Positions 39,334-50,272 of a stretch of DNA of 64,000 bases are shown here, one piece after another. Below the pieces are notes generated by a model. That model saw only the letters and a list, made by a program, of their open reading frames with translations. It was not told the origin of the DNA and ran no database searches. The stretch comes from Waddliaceae bacterium (GTDB lineage Bacteria; Chlamydiota; Chlamydiia; Chlamydiales; Waddliaceae): positions 96,001 to 160,000 of the forward strand of contig CAVRUH010000007.1 in assembly GCA_963724325.1 (NCBI GenBank), in the 5' to 3' direction. Position numbers and translations under genes: made by a program. How positions within the stretch are numbered: the first letter of the stretch is position 1; every line of letters starts with the position of its first letter.

Positions 39334-40737
39334 TTAACAGAATTGGTCTATGAATTCCCAGACATTTAGATTATCAAGGCGATTTTTATCTTGAAATAGA
39401 GTCACTAGCTCGGCTGTTTTATCATGGGAGAAGTGGGATTTCAAATTGTGTCTAAATTTCTCATAAAGGAGGGGCAATCCTTCTTCTCTTCTTCTTTTAT
39501 GTCCAATAGGATACTCGATCTCTACCGGTTCTAATATAGTTCCGTCTTTGAAGGTAATGGTAATTTTATTCGCAATCGACCTTTTTTCAGGATCACGATA
39601 GTCTAAACTATATTGATTATTCTCAATTACATGCATTTTCTCTCTCAATGGATCTATCAAAGGGTTAGCTGCGGCCTCGGGCTCATAGTGCTCAGCCTTT
39701 AATTTTCCATGAATCATCCCAATGGCCACCATGTATTGCAAACAATGATCACGATCGGCAGGGTTGTTCAAAGGCCCTTTCTTATCAATAATTCGAATGG
39801 CGGATTCATGTGTTTCGATGTCAATTCTTTCAATCGTCTCTAGCTTGCCTTTTAGAAGGGGATGTAACTTAATGGCTGCCTCTACGGCTGTTTGTGCATG
39901 AAATTCAGCAGGAAAAGATATTTTAAAAAGGATGTTTTCAATCACATAGGAATCTAAATCTCGTGGAATTGTAAAAGGGCTTCCTTCAAATAGGACGTCG
40001 TAAAATCCCCATTGTTTTGCCGATAATGCCGTCGGATACCCCATTTCCCCTTGGAGCGCCATCAGTCCAAGCTGCACACCGCGACTGGTAGCATCGCCTG
40101 CAGCCCATGACTTTCTCGATCCTGTATTAGGCGCATGTCTATATGTACGTAGGGGTCCTGTATCAATCCAGGCATTCGAAAGAGCATTTTTAATCTGTTC
40201 TTGAGTGCCCCCGAGCATTTGTGCAGCCACTGCTGTACTCGCAACCTTCACCAAGATAACATGGTCGAAGCCAATGCGATTAAAACTGTTTTCAAGCGCC
40301 AATATTCCCTGAATCTCATAGGCTTTCACCATCGCAGTAAGCAAATCCCGCACCTTCATCGGAGAATTTCGTCGACTCATATAATCCCCAACTGCCAAAA
40401 TGGCTCCTAGATTGTCTGAAGGATGTCCCCATTCTGCCGCAAGCCATGTATCATTATAGTCAAGCCAACGTATCATGGTCCCTATATTGAATGCTGCTCG
40501 AATCGGATCCAAAATATACTTCGTACCTGGGACGCGCGATCCATTTGGAACCACAGTTCCTGGTATAACTGGACCAAGAAGTTTGGTGCATTCAGAAAAA
40601 TCTAAGGACAAAACCGCACATCCGATCGAATCGGCAAGGCATGCCCTTGCTGTATCGTAAGCTAGTTCGCTTGTGATTGATTTATTAAAGGCATAATCGG
40701 CGATAATTTCTATCGCCTCATCTACCGCTTTTTCCAT
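39334..40737 (-). CDS. prpD: 2-methylcitrate dehydratase
   Basis: [57 protein letters not shown] coupling to prpC. Confidence 0.96.
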   Translation of the reverse strand: MEKAVDEAIEIIADYAFNKSITSELAYDTARACLADSIGCAVLSLDFSECTKLLGPVIPGTVVPNGSRVPGTKYILDPIRAAFNIGTMIRWLDYNDTWLAAEWGHPSDNLGAILAVGDYMSRRNSPMKVRDLLTAMVKAYEIQGILALENSFNRIGFDHVILVKVASTAVAAQMLGGTQEQIKNALSNAWIDTGPLRTYRHAPNTGSRKSWAAGDATSRGVQLGLMALQGEMGYPTALSAKQWGFYDVLFEGSPFTIPRDLDSYVIENILFKISFPAEFHAQTAVEAAIKLHPLLKGKLETIERIDIETHESAIRIIDKKGPLNNPADRDHCLQYMVAIGMIHGKLKAEHYEPEAAANPLIDPLREKMHVIENNQYSLDYRDPEKRSIANKITITFKDGTILEPVEIEYPIGHKRRREEGLPLLYEKFRHNLKSHFSHDKTAELVTLFQDKNRLDNLNVWEFIDQFC

Positions 40738-41858
40738 TAACGCTTCTCCAACGGAATCCATTCTCTAGGTTCTGGTCCTATGTAATTGCAGTTTGGTCTA
40801 ATCAATTTATTGTGGGCTCGTTGCTCCAAAAGATGTGCCGACCAGCCCGATATCCGCGCCATGACAAATAGGGGAGTAAACATTTCAGTCGGAATATCAC
40901 AATAATGATACGCAAGTGCACTGTAGAAGTCAAGATTTGGAAATAATTTCTTTTCATCCCACATTACCTTTTCAATCCTTTCTGCAATTGCAAAATAGTG
41001 CTCATGAGAATGGTTGTGACTAAGTTTTCGAGCCCATTCTTTAATGATTGGCGATCTCGGATCGGACGTAGTATATACCCTGTGACCAAATCCCATAATC
41101 AATTGCTTCTCCGCCAGCATCTTCTTTACTCCTGCCTCAGCCTGGTCCGGAGTTTTGAATTTTTCAATTAACCTTAAGGCATATTCATTGGCTCCGCCAT
41201 GTAGAGGACCTCGCAAGGCTCCTATTCCACCGCAGATGCACGAATAGAAATCGGACAAAGTACTTGCGATCGTTCGAACAGTAAAAGTGGAAGCATTAAA
41301 TTCATGTTCGGCATAAAGAATTAATGAGGCATTAAGACATTTTCTTTGTTCTTTAGTGGGCTCATGTCCTAAAATCAGATGCAAAATATGCCCTGCAAGA
41401 GATTCTTCATGAGTATTAAGAGAAACAAGCTCTTTTGTCTTATTGAAGTTGTACCAATAGAGTAATATCGAACCCATCGAAGCAATGAGCCGATCTGCTA
41501 CAGCAAAGGGATCCCCGCCAATTTTTTCGGGTTCAAAATTTCCCATCAATGAACATCCAGTTCGGAGAACATCCATCATGTTTGCATCATCAGGAATGAC
41601 CTCTAGGATGGTTTCAATTACAGTTGGAAGCTCTCGCAACGAACGCAACTTTTGCTGATAAGCAGCCAATTCTTTTTTATTGGGCAGGTTTCCACGAAGC
41701 AAAAGCCATGCTACTTCTTCAAATGATGCATTGGCTGCTAGTGCATCGATGCTATAGCCCCGATATTCAAGCGTTTGATCCGTAGCTCCGCAAAGGCAAA
41801 TGCTTGAATCACCCGCAATAATACCAGCCAATCCGCCGCTCTTTTTCGTGTCTACCAT
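40737..41858 (-). CDS. prpC: 2-methylcitrate synthase / citrate synthase II
   Basis: [41 protein letters not shown]; coupled to prpD. Confidence 0.9.
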   Translation of the reverse strand: MVDTKKSGGLAGIIAGDSSICLCGATDQTLEYRGYSIDALAANASFEEVAWLLLRGNLPNKKELAAYQQKLRSLRELPTVIETILEVIPDDANMMDVLRTGCSLMGNFEPEKIGGDPFAVADRLIASMGSILLYWYNFNKTKELVSLNTHEESLAGHILHLILGHEPTKEQRKCLNASLILYAEHEFNASTFTVRTIASTLSDFYSCICGGIGALRGPLHGGANEYALRLIEKFKTPDQAEAGVKKMLAEKQLIMGFGHRVYTTSDPRSPIIKEWARKLSHNHSHEHYFAIAERIEKVMWDEKKLFPNLDFYSALAYHYCDIPTEMFTPLFVMARISGWSAHLLEQRAHNKLIRPNCNYIGPEPREWIPLEKR

Positions 41859-42161
41859 ACCAACCTCCTTTAAAATTTAAACTAACATAAATCGAAATTT
41901 TTTGGAAATATATTGCATAAAAGCATTATTTAATGTTAAATTGTGTCAAAAAAAGGGAATATGATGAATATTGATATCAATACCTGATCATATGATAGAA
42001 CAAAGGCGATATAAATTTTATAAAGCTATTATATCTAATCTCAATAATTTGGGAATGAAGTTTAAAGATACAAGTTTTGAACAAGAACTCCGAGAAGACA
42101 TGCCTATCCTTAAGCGATCTCTTAGGTATTATATTTAATTTCGGAGAAACTGTTGCAAACT

Positions 42162-43952
42162 TTATTTTTTTATCACACGCCGCCGTAAATTTTTTCTTTG
42201 TATCACTAACCAAATCAGATATATTCCAAGAGCTGTCCCCCAAATAATCAGTCTAGGTACATTGAATATAGGGTAAGGCTTCTGAGCAGGAAATCCCCAG
42301 CGCTCTCCAGGCGGCCACAATATAAAACTTGGCGCCCCTTGCAAATTGTCTTCTGGAATAAACCCGAAAACTCTGCTGTCTGCACTGATAGCATGGTTAT
42401 CTCCAAGAAGCAAATACTGCTTCTCAGGGACCTTCAACCCAAATGCACGAATAAAATCGACATCAAAATTACCATCTGTTTTGAGAGGCGCGCCACGATC
42501 CAAAAATCCAACGTACTGCTTATTTGATTCTTTCTCCTTTTCCTTATCAGTGAATTTTTGCAGCAATGGATCGCCCTTCTTCAAGAAAGGGGCCCCCATC
42601 ACATACAAATCACCATCTCGGTAATAAGCATATCGGTGTGGTAAATAAGTGACTTTTTGAGTATGCGGCACCATTGTCGGATGAAGTTCCATGCAAATAT
42701 TAAATAAAACCAAAACATTTTCTGGTGTGTGCAGATTCAAAGGATGATCTAGTGGTAGATCATGCAAAATACCCCCCCAACCTACTGAACTGCCCTTTCC
42801 AAAATAGAACTCATAAGTTCCATCCGGAACTTTTGGAAATGGAAATCCCCGGATCCTACTCTTGTCCACCACAAATCGCGCAGTATACATATTTTTCATC
42901 AACGCATCAAGCTGCTCTTGCTTCAGTGGTATCAAAGAAGGGGATGTAGGTACAGAAATATGACCATGCGACTCATACTGGACATCTTCTACCCGTGGCA
43001 GGCGAGGGGAGTGATTCAATAGCAAATACAGGACCCCATCTTCCCCCAATTCTTTTTTCATTTCATCAGGCACTTCACTAGGCAATAAGAGCTTCGCCAC
43101 CGCAAAGTTTCCAATTCCCCATATGTCAGAAAAAGTCTCAATCTTATCATGCTTTTTACCAGCCGCCGAAGGTTCATCTTGAATCCATTGCGAACCATTA
43201 TAGATCTCTCCCTTTCCCGAATTGATATCATAACGTGCCAAAGGTTGCTTTACCAATGCATACTCAATGATATTTCGCTTTAACCTGCCATCCAAATACA
43301 TGAAAGGAATATTCTCAATTTTTTCCATCCACGGACCCGTGAGGAAGTCCATTAAAGGCTTGCCATCCCGGTCCACAGCATAGATCTTTCCACCATAAAA
43401 ATAGATACTGTCTCCAGGCTTCCCAGCCATCCTCTTAATATAACGTTTTGTATAGGGAAAAATCTTAAAGTAAGTCGTTATATCATCCGCCCCAGGAATA
43501 TTCTCACCTGACCAAATCACAACCCCCGTATTTTGTACCAAATCGGGGTCAAAATAAAAATGCTCAGTCTTCAATGGTATATTCAGCCCAAATGCCGTTT
43601 TAGTAACTGTTAAATGATCCTGCTCCCGAAATGTCGGCCGCATCGATCCCGATGGAATTTCGTACAACTCAAACCACATCTGCCGCACCACAGTAGCAAT
43701 CGCCAATGCAAATACTAAAGCAAAAACGATCTCAACAACATAATCCTTTAATGACTTCCCAAAATGCTTCTTAGCTATAGTCTCAAGCTCCCTTGCCAAA
43801 CGATCCGCCTCAGGGCGATTCAAATCCACTATTGCCTGATCCAACTTCTCCATTTCAGCCTGAATTCCTTGAACATCCCCATTTTTCTGTACCCACTTAT
43901 AACACCCTTTCAAAATGTTTTTTGACTTTCGCAAGCTATATGTTTTGCTCAT
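42162..43952 (-). CDS. lepB: Signal peptidase I, long chlamydial type
   Basis: FELYEIPSGSMRPT, YIKRMAGKPGD, LGDN..ISADSR.FG. Confidence 0.95.
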   Translation of the reverse strand: MSKTYSLRKSKNILKGCYKWVQKNGDVQGIQAEMEKLDQAIVDLNRPEADRLARELETIAKKHFGKSLKDYVVEIVFALVFALAIATVVRQMWFELYEIPSGSMRPTFREQDHLTVTKTAFGLNIPLKTEHFYFDPDLVQNTGVVIWSGENIPGADDITTYFKIFPYTKRYIKRMAGKPGDSIYFYGGKIYAVDRDGKPLMDFLTGPWMEKIENIPFMYLDGRLKRNIIEYALVKQPLARYDINSGKGEIYNGSQWIQDEPSAAGKKHDKIETFSDIWGIGNFAVAKLLLPSEVPDEMKKELGEDGVLYLLLNHSPRLPRVEDVQYESHGHISVPTSPSLIPLKQEQLDALMKNMYTARFVVDKSRIRGFPFPKVPDGTYEFYFGKGSSVGWGGILHDLPLDHPLNLHTPENVLVLFNICMELHPTMVPHTQKVTYLPHRYAYYRDGDLYVMGAPFLKKGDPLLQKFTDKEKEKESNKQYVGFLDRGAPLKTDGNFDVDFIRAFGLKVPEKQYLLLGDNHAISADSRVFGFIPEDNLQGAPSFILWPPGERWGFPAQKPYPIFNVPRLIIWGTALGIYLIWLVIQRKNLRRRVIKK

Positions 43953-44647
43953 TTTTCAACCTTCATTGGAGATTTTAAATTTCTGCCCGAATCCACAGTT
44001 CTCACTCTTGCCTTTCCAATAAATCCTCGCACCTGCAACCAATAAGGGAAGTAGGAGGGATAGTTGGAACTAGCCTCAGGGAGATACACAGTAATAGTTT
44101 TATCAGATAACTCAGACGAGTCCTTGGGCCAGTGTGCCTCGTATTCATTAAATGAAACTTGCGGTACTTCTTTGCCTTCAAAAATCAGTGCAGGCTGCCA
44201 CACCTTGGAGATAATTCCCGATGTTCTCTTTCGATCCTTATATGCAACTTCATTCAGTTTTAAACTTAATAATTGCGACAAAAAGTTATTCGCTTGCGAC
44301 ATGTCATACCACGTTTCATTGGTATAGCTATAATATTGCATCATCTTCCCTGTTGAGGCATTGATCGTATACATCACCCAGCACGTATGACCCGGCGCCC
44401 TCCGCTCGACCCACTCTTTCCAACTCATGCCACCACTTTTTCTACTGCTTGGAACCGTAACTTCTTCCAAAGTAATCGTTTCGTCAGTCTTAGCCTTGAT
44501 AATCATGACAGTATAATTTTGATTCTGCTGCGTCACCAAATAATCTCCAGCAACAGCATTTTTCAGATTGTCTTTCAGATAAACAAACGACCCCTCAGCA
44601 AATAGCATCAGCGGAAACAGGAAAAATATGAATAAAACCTTTTTCAT
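43949..44647 (-). CDS. Conserved chlamydial exported protein (CT021-like)
   Basis: Signal peptide; AHWPKDSSELS, FPYW, VDSG; upstream of lepB. Confidence 0.75.
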   Translation of the reverse strand: MKKVLFIFFLFPLMLFAEGSFVYLKDNLKNAVAGDYLVTQQNQNYTVMIIKAKTDETITLEEVTVPSSRKSGGMSWKEWVERRAPGHTCWVMYTINASTGKMMQYYSYTNETWYDMSQANNFLSQLLSLKLNEVAYKDRKRTSGIISKVWQPALIFEGKEVPQVSFNEYEAHWPKDSSELSDKTITVYLPEASSNYPSYFPYWLQVRGFIGKARVRTVDSGRNLKSPMKVEK

Positions 44648-44727
44648 AATGAGTAAATTATAGCCTGCAACAACTATTGTGACAAGAGAATCTTGAGTTT
44701 AAAGCCTAAGAATGTTATATATTTTAC

Positions 44728-46191
44728 ATGCCATCAACAGGAATATACAACCAGCCTCTAGCATTATTGACCGATCTTTATCAATTGACCATGTCCTATG
44801 GCTATTGGAAAAATGGGCTCGATAAAAAAGAAACAGTTTTTCAACTGTTTTTCCGTAAACAACCCTTTAAAGGTGGATTTACCGTTGCCGCAGGCCTCGA
44901 AATGGCCATAAAATTCATCGAAAACTTTAAATTCGAAGAGAGTGATTTCGCATATCTCGCAACACTTAAAGACTCCACCGGTCACAACCTATTTACCCCT
45001 GATTTTTTTGACTACCTCCGTGATTTTAAATTCACCTGCGATATCGACGCCGTTCCTGAAGGTACTATCGTTTTTCCATACGAACCTCTTCTTCGAGTCA
45101 CCGGACCTCTCATCCAATGCCAACTTCTCGAAACACCTCTGCTTAATCAAATTAATTTTCCCTCGCTCATTGCGACCAAAGCTGCTCGAGTCTGCCTTGC
45201 TGCCAAAGGAGACAGCGTCATGGAATTTGGCCTCCGCCGGGCTCAAGGGATCGACGGAGGCATGTCGGCCAGCCGCGCTGCCTATATTGGCGGCTGTTCA
45301 TCCACCTCAAACGTCCTCGCCGGAAAACTCTTTAATATCCCCGTCGCCGGAACCCATTCACACAGCTGGGTCATGATATTCGAAAAAGAAGAAGAGGCTT
45401 TTAAAGCCTATGCTAAAGCCTACCCTACAAATAGCGTTTTTCTCGTCGATACATTCAACACCATAGAAGGTGTTAAAAAAGCAATACGCATTGGAGAATG
45501 GCTTCGCTCACAAGGGAATGAATTGGCCGGCATCAGACTTGATTCCGGAGACCTCGCTCAACTTTCTATCATCAGCCGCAAAATGCTTGACGATGCTGGA
45601 TTTAAAGATGCCAAAATCGTAGCCAGCAACGAACTCGATGAAACTATCATTAACGAATTAAAGCAACAAGGAGCTCAAATTTCGGTCTGGGGAGTAGGGA
45701 CCAACCTTGTCACAGGTAAACATCAAGGCGCGCTCGATGGAGTATATAAGCTTTCAGCAGTACGTGATCCAGGTGAACCATGGCACTACAGACTTAAACT
45801 TTCTGAGCAAATGACAAAAATATCCGACCCTGGAATCCTTCAAATCCGCCGCTTCAAAACGGACAATGAAAACATCGCAGATGCCATCTACGACATACAT
45901 TCTGATGTCTCCAATGGATGCGTCATCTATGATCCGTTAGATCATACTCGTGAAAAAAAATTGGGCAATGGAATGGAAAGCGTCGATCTTTTAGTACCCA
46001 TCATGCGAAAAGGACAAACCGTATATAAATTTCCTAAACTTTCTGATGTGAGGCAGAATACCCAAAAGGAACTTAATCAATTTGCGCAGGGGATAAAGCG
46101 ATTTTTGAATCCCCATCTCTATTTTGCTGGAATTGAAAAGTCTCTTTATGAGAAAAAAGTTGAATTAATTAAGCATATACGGAAGTTATGA
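44728..46191 (+). CDS. pncB: Nicotinate phosphoribosyltransferase
   Basis: LLTDLYQLTM, EFGLRRAQG, GTHSHSW, LVDT, GIRLDSGDL. Confidence 0.96.
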   Translation: MPSTGIYNQPLALLTDLYQLTMSYGYWKNGLDKKETVFQLFFRKQPFKGGFTVAAGLEMAIKFIENFKFEESDFAYLATLKDSTGHNLFTPDFFDYLRDFKFTCDIDAVPEGTIVFPYEPLLRVTGPLIQCQLLETPLLNQINFPSLIATKAARVCLAAKGDSVMEFGLRRAQGIDGGMSASRAAYIGGCSSTSNVLAGKLFNIPVAGTHSHSWVMIFEKEEEAFKAYAKAYPTNSVFLVDTFNTIEGVKKAIRIGEWLRSQGNELAGIRLDSGDLAQLSIISRKMLDDAGFKDAKIVASNELDETIINELKQQGAQISVWGVGTNLVTGKHQGALDGVYKLSAVRDPGEPWHYRLKLSEQMTKISDPGILQIRRFKTDNENIADAIYDIHSDVSNGCVIYDPLDHTREKKLGNGMESVDLLVPIMRKGQTVYKFPKLSDVRQNTQKELNQFAQGIKRFLNPHLYFAGIEKSLYEKKVELIKHIRKL

Positions 46192-46805
46192 AAGCATTAT
46201 TAGTCGTGGATATTCAGAATGACTTTCTTCCTGGCGGAGCTTTGGGGGTCAATGGAGGCAATGAGATTATACCAATTGTTAACGCTCTTTTGGAAAAGCC
46301 CTTTGATCTTATTGTTGCATGTAAGGATTGGCATCCTTTGAATCATTGTAGTTTTGCGAAGACGCATAATAAAAGGGTAGGGGATCAGATTGAACTTATG
46401 GGAAGAAAGCAGATACTCTGGCCGGTGCATTGTGTTCAGAATACCTTTGGAGCAGAATTTTCTTCAAAACTTGATTCTTCGAAAATTGAAAAAACCTTTT
46501 TGAAGGGGACAGAGGCGCAAATTGACAGTTATGGGGCTTTTTTTGATAATGGCCATTTGCGTTCGACGGGACTTGATGATTATCTTAAGAGTAAAAAGAT
46601 TACGGACCTTTACATAGCTGGATTGACAACGGATTATTGTGTGAAGTATACTGTGCTTGATGCGTGTAAACTGAAATATAATACTTACGTGATACAGGAT
46701 GGATGTCGTGCAGTCAACCTCAATCCTGGTGATGGGGTAAATGCTCTCGATTTAATGGCTCAGTCTGGTGCGCACATAATTAATTCGATAGAATGTATAT
46801 TTTAG
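46188..46805 (+). CDS. pncA: Nicotinamidase/pyrazinamidase
   Basis: VDIQNDFLPGGAL, DWHP, WPVHCVQ, GLTTDYCV. Confidence 0.95.
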   Translation: MKALLVVDIQNDFLPGGALGVNGGNEIIPIVNALLEKPFDLIVACKDWHPLNHCSFAKTHNKRVGDQIELMGRKQILWPVHCVQNTFGAEFSSKLDSSKIEKTFLKGTEAQIDSYGAFFDNGHLRSTGLDDYLKSKKITDLYIAGLTTDYCVKYTVLDACKLKYNTYVIQDGCRAVNLNPGDGVNALDLMAQSGAHIINSIECIF

Positions 46806-47068
46806 CTGTGAAGGTTGTTCCTAATGCATCTAAAAGTGAGATTCTCGCCTGGGAAAATAATGAGCTTAAAATTCGTCTTCATGCAGTGCCTGACAAGAAT
46901 AAGGCTAATTTAGAGTTAATTAGACTGCTGTCGATCACCTTTAAGATACCTAAGTCGCAAATTCAAATAGTTTCTGGGAGTACATCACGTCATAAAAAGT
47001 TAATGTTGCCTGATTTTTCTCCATTGCAGCAGAAGATTCTTGTTGATTTTCAATTTCCGCAATGTTAG
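46793..47068 (+). CDS. DUF167/YggU family protein
   Basis: VKVVPNASKSEI, LKIRL.A.P...KAN, GSTSRHK. Confidence 0.88.
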   Translation: MYILAVKVVPNASKSEILAWENNELKIRLHAVPDKNKANLELIRLLSITFKIPKSQIQIVSGSTSRHKKLMLPDFSPLQQKILVDFQFPQC

Positions 47069-47090
47069 TCTATTTGCATATCCTTTAGGG

Positions 47091-47164
47091 GGGGCAATAG
47101 CTCAGTCGGTTAGAGCAGCGGACTCATAACCCGCGGGTCACTGGTTCAAGTCCAGTTTGCCCCA
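47091..47164 (+). tRNA. tRNA with CAU anticodon (probably tRNA-Ile2; elongator Met not excluded)
   Basis: Cloverleaf GGGGCAA/TTGCCCC, D-arm GCTC/GAGC, loop CTCATAA, T-arm ACTGG-TTCAAGT-CCAGT; resembles bacterial Ile2; CCA not encoded. Confidence 0.93.
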
Positions 47165-47779
47165 CATTTTTTTTACAGGACAAACTTATGACACTCATAG
47201 AATCCAAAATGGAATTTGCCGAAAGGAACCATGCGGTACTTCTATCCCTAGAGGCTCAGATTGTAGCGCACTATCAAAAACGTCCTCGCCTTCATGATCA
47301 CAATGTGATTCGCGTTTTAGAGGCTCTCATAAAGCACTTTAGGGCTTTAGCGACAAATTTCCCATTGCCTCAGCATTCATTATCTGAATTCGAGGGTGAA
47401 ATTTATCTTAGCATTCAATACAATCTAGAAAAATCGGAAGCCCTAACTCCGAATGATTCCTGTGTCCTTTTAAAGTTCCTCAAAAAATCTGTAGAGCTAA
47501 ACAACAAGAGATCGGGCTCACAGGGTTACTTAAACTTCATCAGCCGCTTCATCGAAGTTGAAATAGAGGATTAGAAACCCGAGTCACTCACCTTATTAAC
47601 ATTAAAATATGTGAGTTAGGCTTCCGCATTCCCTAAATGGTTATTTTCAAGAAAAACTTATTTGTTTTTACTCTTCAATAACACAATTGATTTTCAGTGA
47701 CTTATCAGCTTTAAAGCATAATCTTCACGTGTTCAAGAAGAGCCTTCGTTCGCTTCGCTCACTACGGCCAGATGCGCCC
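47123..47779 (+). repeat. ~657-bp direct repeat, copy 1 (tRNA 3' half + 128-aa gene + AT-rich arm)
   Basis: Near-identical to 55270-55927; the first ~250 bp also at 60444-60695. Confidence 0.95.
47188..47574 (+). CDS. Conserved hypothetical 128-aa helical protein (att-proximal gene, copy 1)
   Basis: AGGA RBS; KFLKKSV...GSQGYLNFISRF. Confidence 0.8.
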   Translation: MTLIESKMEFAERNHAVLLSLEAQIVAHYQKRPRLHDHNVIRVLEALIKHFRALATNFPLPQHSLSEFEGEIYLSIQYNLEKSEALTPNDSCVLLKFLKKSVELNNKRSGSQGYLNFISRFIEVEIED

Positions 47780-47819
47780 TCCCTTATTTTTTGCCTTAGC
47801 GAGCGCAGCGTGCGAAGGC
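47740..47819. repeat. Imperfect GC-rich hairpin (left arm only at ~55890-55911)
   Basis: GCCTTCGTTCGCTTCGCTCACT ... AGCGAGCGCAGCGTGCGAAGGC. Confidence 0.55.
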
Positions 47820-48035
47820 ATTTCTACACAAGAAGTCGAATTCACCAATTAGGCTCTTCGGGCAGACGACAACTGAGTAATTGATATTTTTGAACCAAAA
47901 CAATGCTCGAGAGGATATGAAAAAGACGAAACAAACACCAGCTATGATATCCTTATGAAATTAAGGAATGGATTCACTCGTAAAAATAAAATATAAGATT
48001 ACAGTAAAAAATATAAATTTAAAAAATAGGAGAAT

Positions 48036-48752
48036 TTACTCATTTGAATTTACTGCCTCAGTTTTTCCAAAGAATTGATTATATGCATCTTCGGAAACAA
48101 AAAACTGCTTCCAATATTTTTCGTTATAAAGATGGTCTTCGGAGGTTATGTTCTTACTCACTAGTTCTATTCCTGACTTATACGTGTTTTTACGGTTTTT
48201 AAGTTCGTTTTTGATTGCTGCAAGTTTAATGATCTTCTGAATAGAAATTTTTTCGATTTCATCAACAACAGATTTCCCTGAAATCTTTGAAAGTAAATCC
48301 GTTTGTTGGAAGTAAAAATTTCTATATTCTTTATGACCAGCGCTAATCGTTAAATTTAGATATACTAATGCCAAGAAAGGGTCTAGATTTTCATTAGCAT
48401 ACATTTGAGACACTTCAAATAAAGCTGGGGGATATCCCAAAGAGGCAGCCATTTTAAACTGCTGATTTGCCGCTTTCCTGTTTATTGATGTCCCAGTTCC
48501 TGATAACGAACACTGACCTGCAATATACATAGCAATCTCATCGCCATCAAGAGCAGCATCAAGAACCTTGCTAAGTTCAAATGTATCAGAAGTTTGAACG
48601 CTTTGCAGAAACTCTTCTAAGCCTTTTTTTTCTGTATTAGATAGCTGGAAACCATCTGAAAGATCGCTTTTAGGTGATTCTGAAGAATGGACAGTTGACG
48701 ATCCCAATGCCATTGCAAATACAGTCATTCCTATTGCTATAAGTTTAAACAT
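48036..48752 (-). CDS. Secreted SEL1-like repeat protein
   Basis: AAAGGAG RBS, signal peptide, AALDGD..AMY.AG...SG.G...N...A...F..AA.LG. Confidence 0.8.
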   Translation of the reverse strand: MFKLIAIGMTVFAMALGSSTVHSSESPKSDLSDGFQLSNTEKKGLEEFLQSVQTSDTFELSKVLDAALDGDEIAMYIAGQCSLSGTGTSINRKAANQQFKMAASLGYPPALFEVSQMYANENLDPFLALVYLNLTISAGHKEYRNFYFQQTDLLSKISGKSVVDEIEKISIQKIIKLAAIKNELKNRKNTYKSGIELVSKNITSEDHLYNEKYWKQFFVSEDAYNQFFGKTEAVNSNE

Positions 48753-48879
48753 ACAAGACACTCCTTTACAATTAGTTAGACTAGCATATACAAATATCAA
48801 CAAAACATCAAACTATTAAATCGTTTAATTGTTTGACTTTCTTGAATGATCATGCCAATCTTGTGGCATAAACTCAAAA

Positions 48880-49112
48880 AAAGGTGGGTCTTGGTTGTTA
48901 CAAAGCGAAAAGTATCCGGAGGCAAGCGCCGTGATACAGGGAGAAAATGCCTAGATACATTTTTAAGTTTGAAGCAAACTTGCCTTAAGCTGCATATTAA
49001 TTTTATTACATTTCTTAAAGACAGGGTGTGTGAGCAAAACGAGATTCCTCGGCTTGCTGAAATCATTCGCGGGCGTTCTTCAAAATCCCAAAAAACCACT
49101 GAGGCCACTTAG
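48880..49112 (+). pseudogene. IS66-family transposase C-terminal remnant
   Basis: VTKRKVSGG.R..TG...DTFLSLKQTC.KL.INF..FL.DR. Confidence 0.75.
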
Positions 49113-49122
49113 AACCAAACTA

Positions 49123-49380
49123 GGTCCAATTCACAGACATAGGTAACACTTTGATTCACAAACATAGGTAACACTTTTCAAAATATGGTATAATACTCTC
49201 ATCATTAACAATTTAGGGAGTATTTATGCCTTGGGAGAACTTGAAAGTGGAAAATCTTAGGTTAAAACTGATTCAATCCTTCTTGAAGGGTGAAGAGACA
49301 ATGACAGACTTATGTTTAGAGAATGGAATAAGTCGAAAAACTGGGTATAAATGGTTAGCGAGATATGAGAAATATGGGGC
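49123..49380 (+). mobile_element. IS481-family left end + transposase N-terminal fragment
   Basis: Tandem CACA(G/A)ACATAGGTAACACTTT motifs; MPWE...LC..NGISRKTGYKWLARY..YG HTH. Confidence 0.8.
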
Positions 49381-50242
49381 CACTGTGCTTATGGAATGCA
49401 ATCAATTGGAAACTTGGCTTTTTGAATCACCAGAGCCTTCTGAAACAGCATCGACTAATGCAGCACACTGCATAAAATGTTGGCGTGATTATCTTGAAAT
49501 TAAAGATGCTTACTATGGGGATTTTGAGGAGTTTGAGTTGCCTGAGCCGAAAGAGGGAGAAATTCTGCAAGATTATATCATGCGCATGGCAAGGTTGGTT
49601 GAAGAGGAAGGAAAAGGGTCTAGACTTGAGTGGCGTGCGCTCAAATCCTTTTTGGGTTACATGCGAAATTTGGCTCATGAAGAAATTGCTTTCATCGAGC
49701 AAATCTTTCCTTTTAAAATGAATATCCACGATTCAAGGATTATTCGACTGATTGAGCCGGAGGTTTACCCGATCTCACAGGCAATTGCCGCGGACATTCT
49801 CAAGGAACTGGCCAGGATGTGTAAATATGGAAGGCCGAATGCTAAGCATGGGGCTGCTGAAGCACTTGGGTTGTGCTGGTTGTGTTTATCAGCATCGCGC
49901 ATGCGATTGCCTATCACTCTCACTGATATTCATGGCACGAAAAAAACGTCAGTTTTTGCCGATGAAAAATGTGCTAAATTGCTGGTACCAACTATCTTTG
50001 GAAATAGGTCTCTAAGAATCTCGCGACGACTGGCAAAATACCTGTCAGCGCTTGCTGGGATTTCATCAATAGATCCAAGAAAAACTATTCTGCAGAGGCC
50101 TAAGAGGTCATTAATGAGAGTATTGGATAGAGCTATTGAAAATCTTAGACTCGATCCAAAATTAGGAAATATAACTTTTGTAACCTTAATTTCTTCGCCC
50201 GACATCTCGGGTGGCGATCATCGTTATGTCCGTAATTCTTAA
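49226..50242 (+). CDS. Chimeric ORF: IS481 HTH fused to a hypothetical domain with possible degenerate tyrosine-recombinase-like fold
   Basis: First ~51 aa are IS481-like; the remainder has no DDE motif. Confidence 0.55.
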   Translation: MPWENLKVENLRLKLIQSFLKGEETMTDLCLENGISRKTGYKWLARYEKYGATVLMECNQLETWLFESPEPSETASTNAAHCIKCWRDYLEIKDAYYGDFEEFELPEPKEGEILQDYIMRMARLVEEEGKGSRLEWRALKSFLGYMRNLAHEEIAFIEQIFPFKMNIHDSRIIRLIEPEVYPISQAIAADILKELARMCKYGRPNAKHGAAEALGLCWLCLSASRMRLPITLTDIHGTKKTSVFADEKCAKLLVPTIFGNRSLRISRRLAKYLSALAGISSIDPRKTILQRPKRSLMRVLDRAIENLRLDPKLGNITFVTLISSPDISGGDHRYVRNS

Positions 50243-50272
50243 TAGATAAAAAGTGTCCATCGCTGTGCCGAC

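Noticed and set aside
37838..39374. Intact dus-integrated genomic island
   Set aside because: The duplicated 5' fragment lies downstream of the intact gene and comes with a second duplicated block; no integrase. The geometry fits duplication plus deletion.
41992..42138. 48-aa plus-strand ORF (MIEQRRYKFY...) between prpC and lepB
   Set aside because: No convincing RBS at the right spacing and no recognisable motif; cannot be supported
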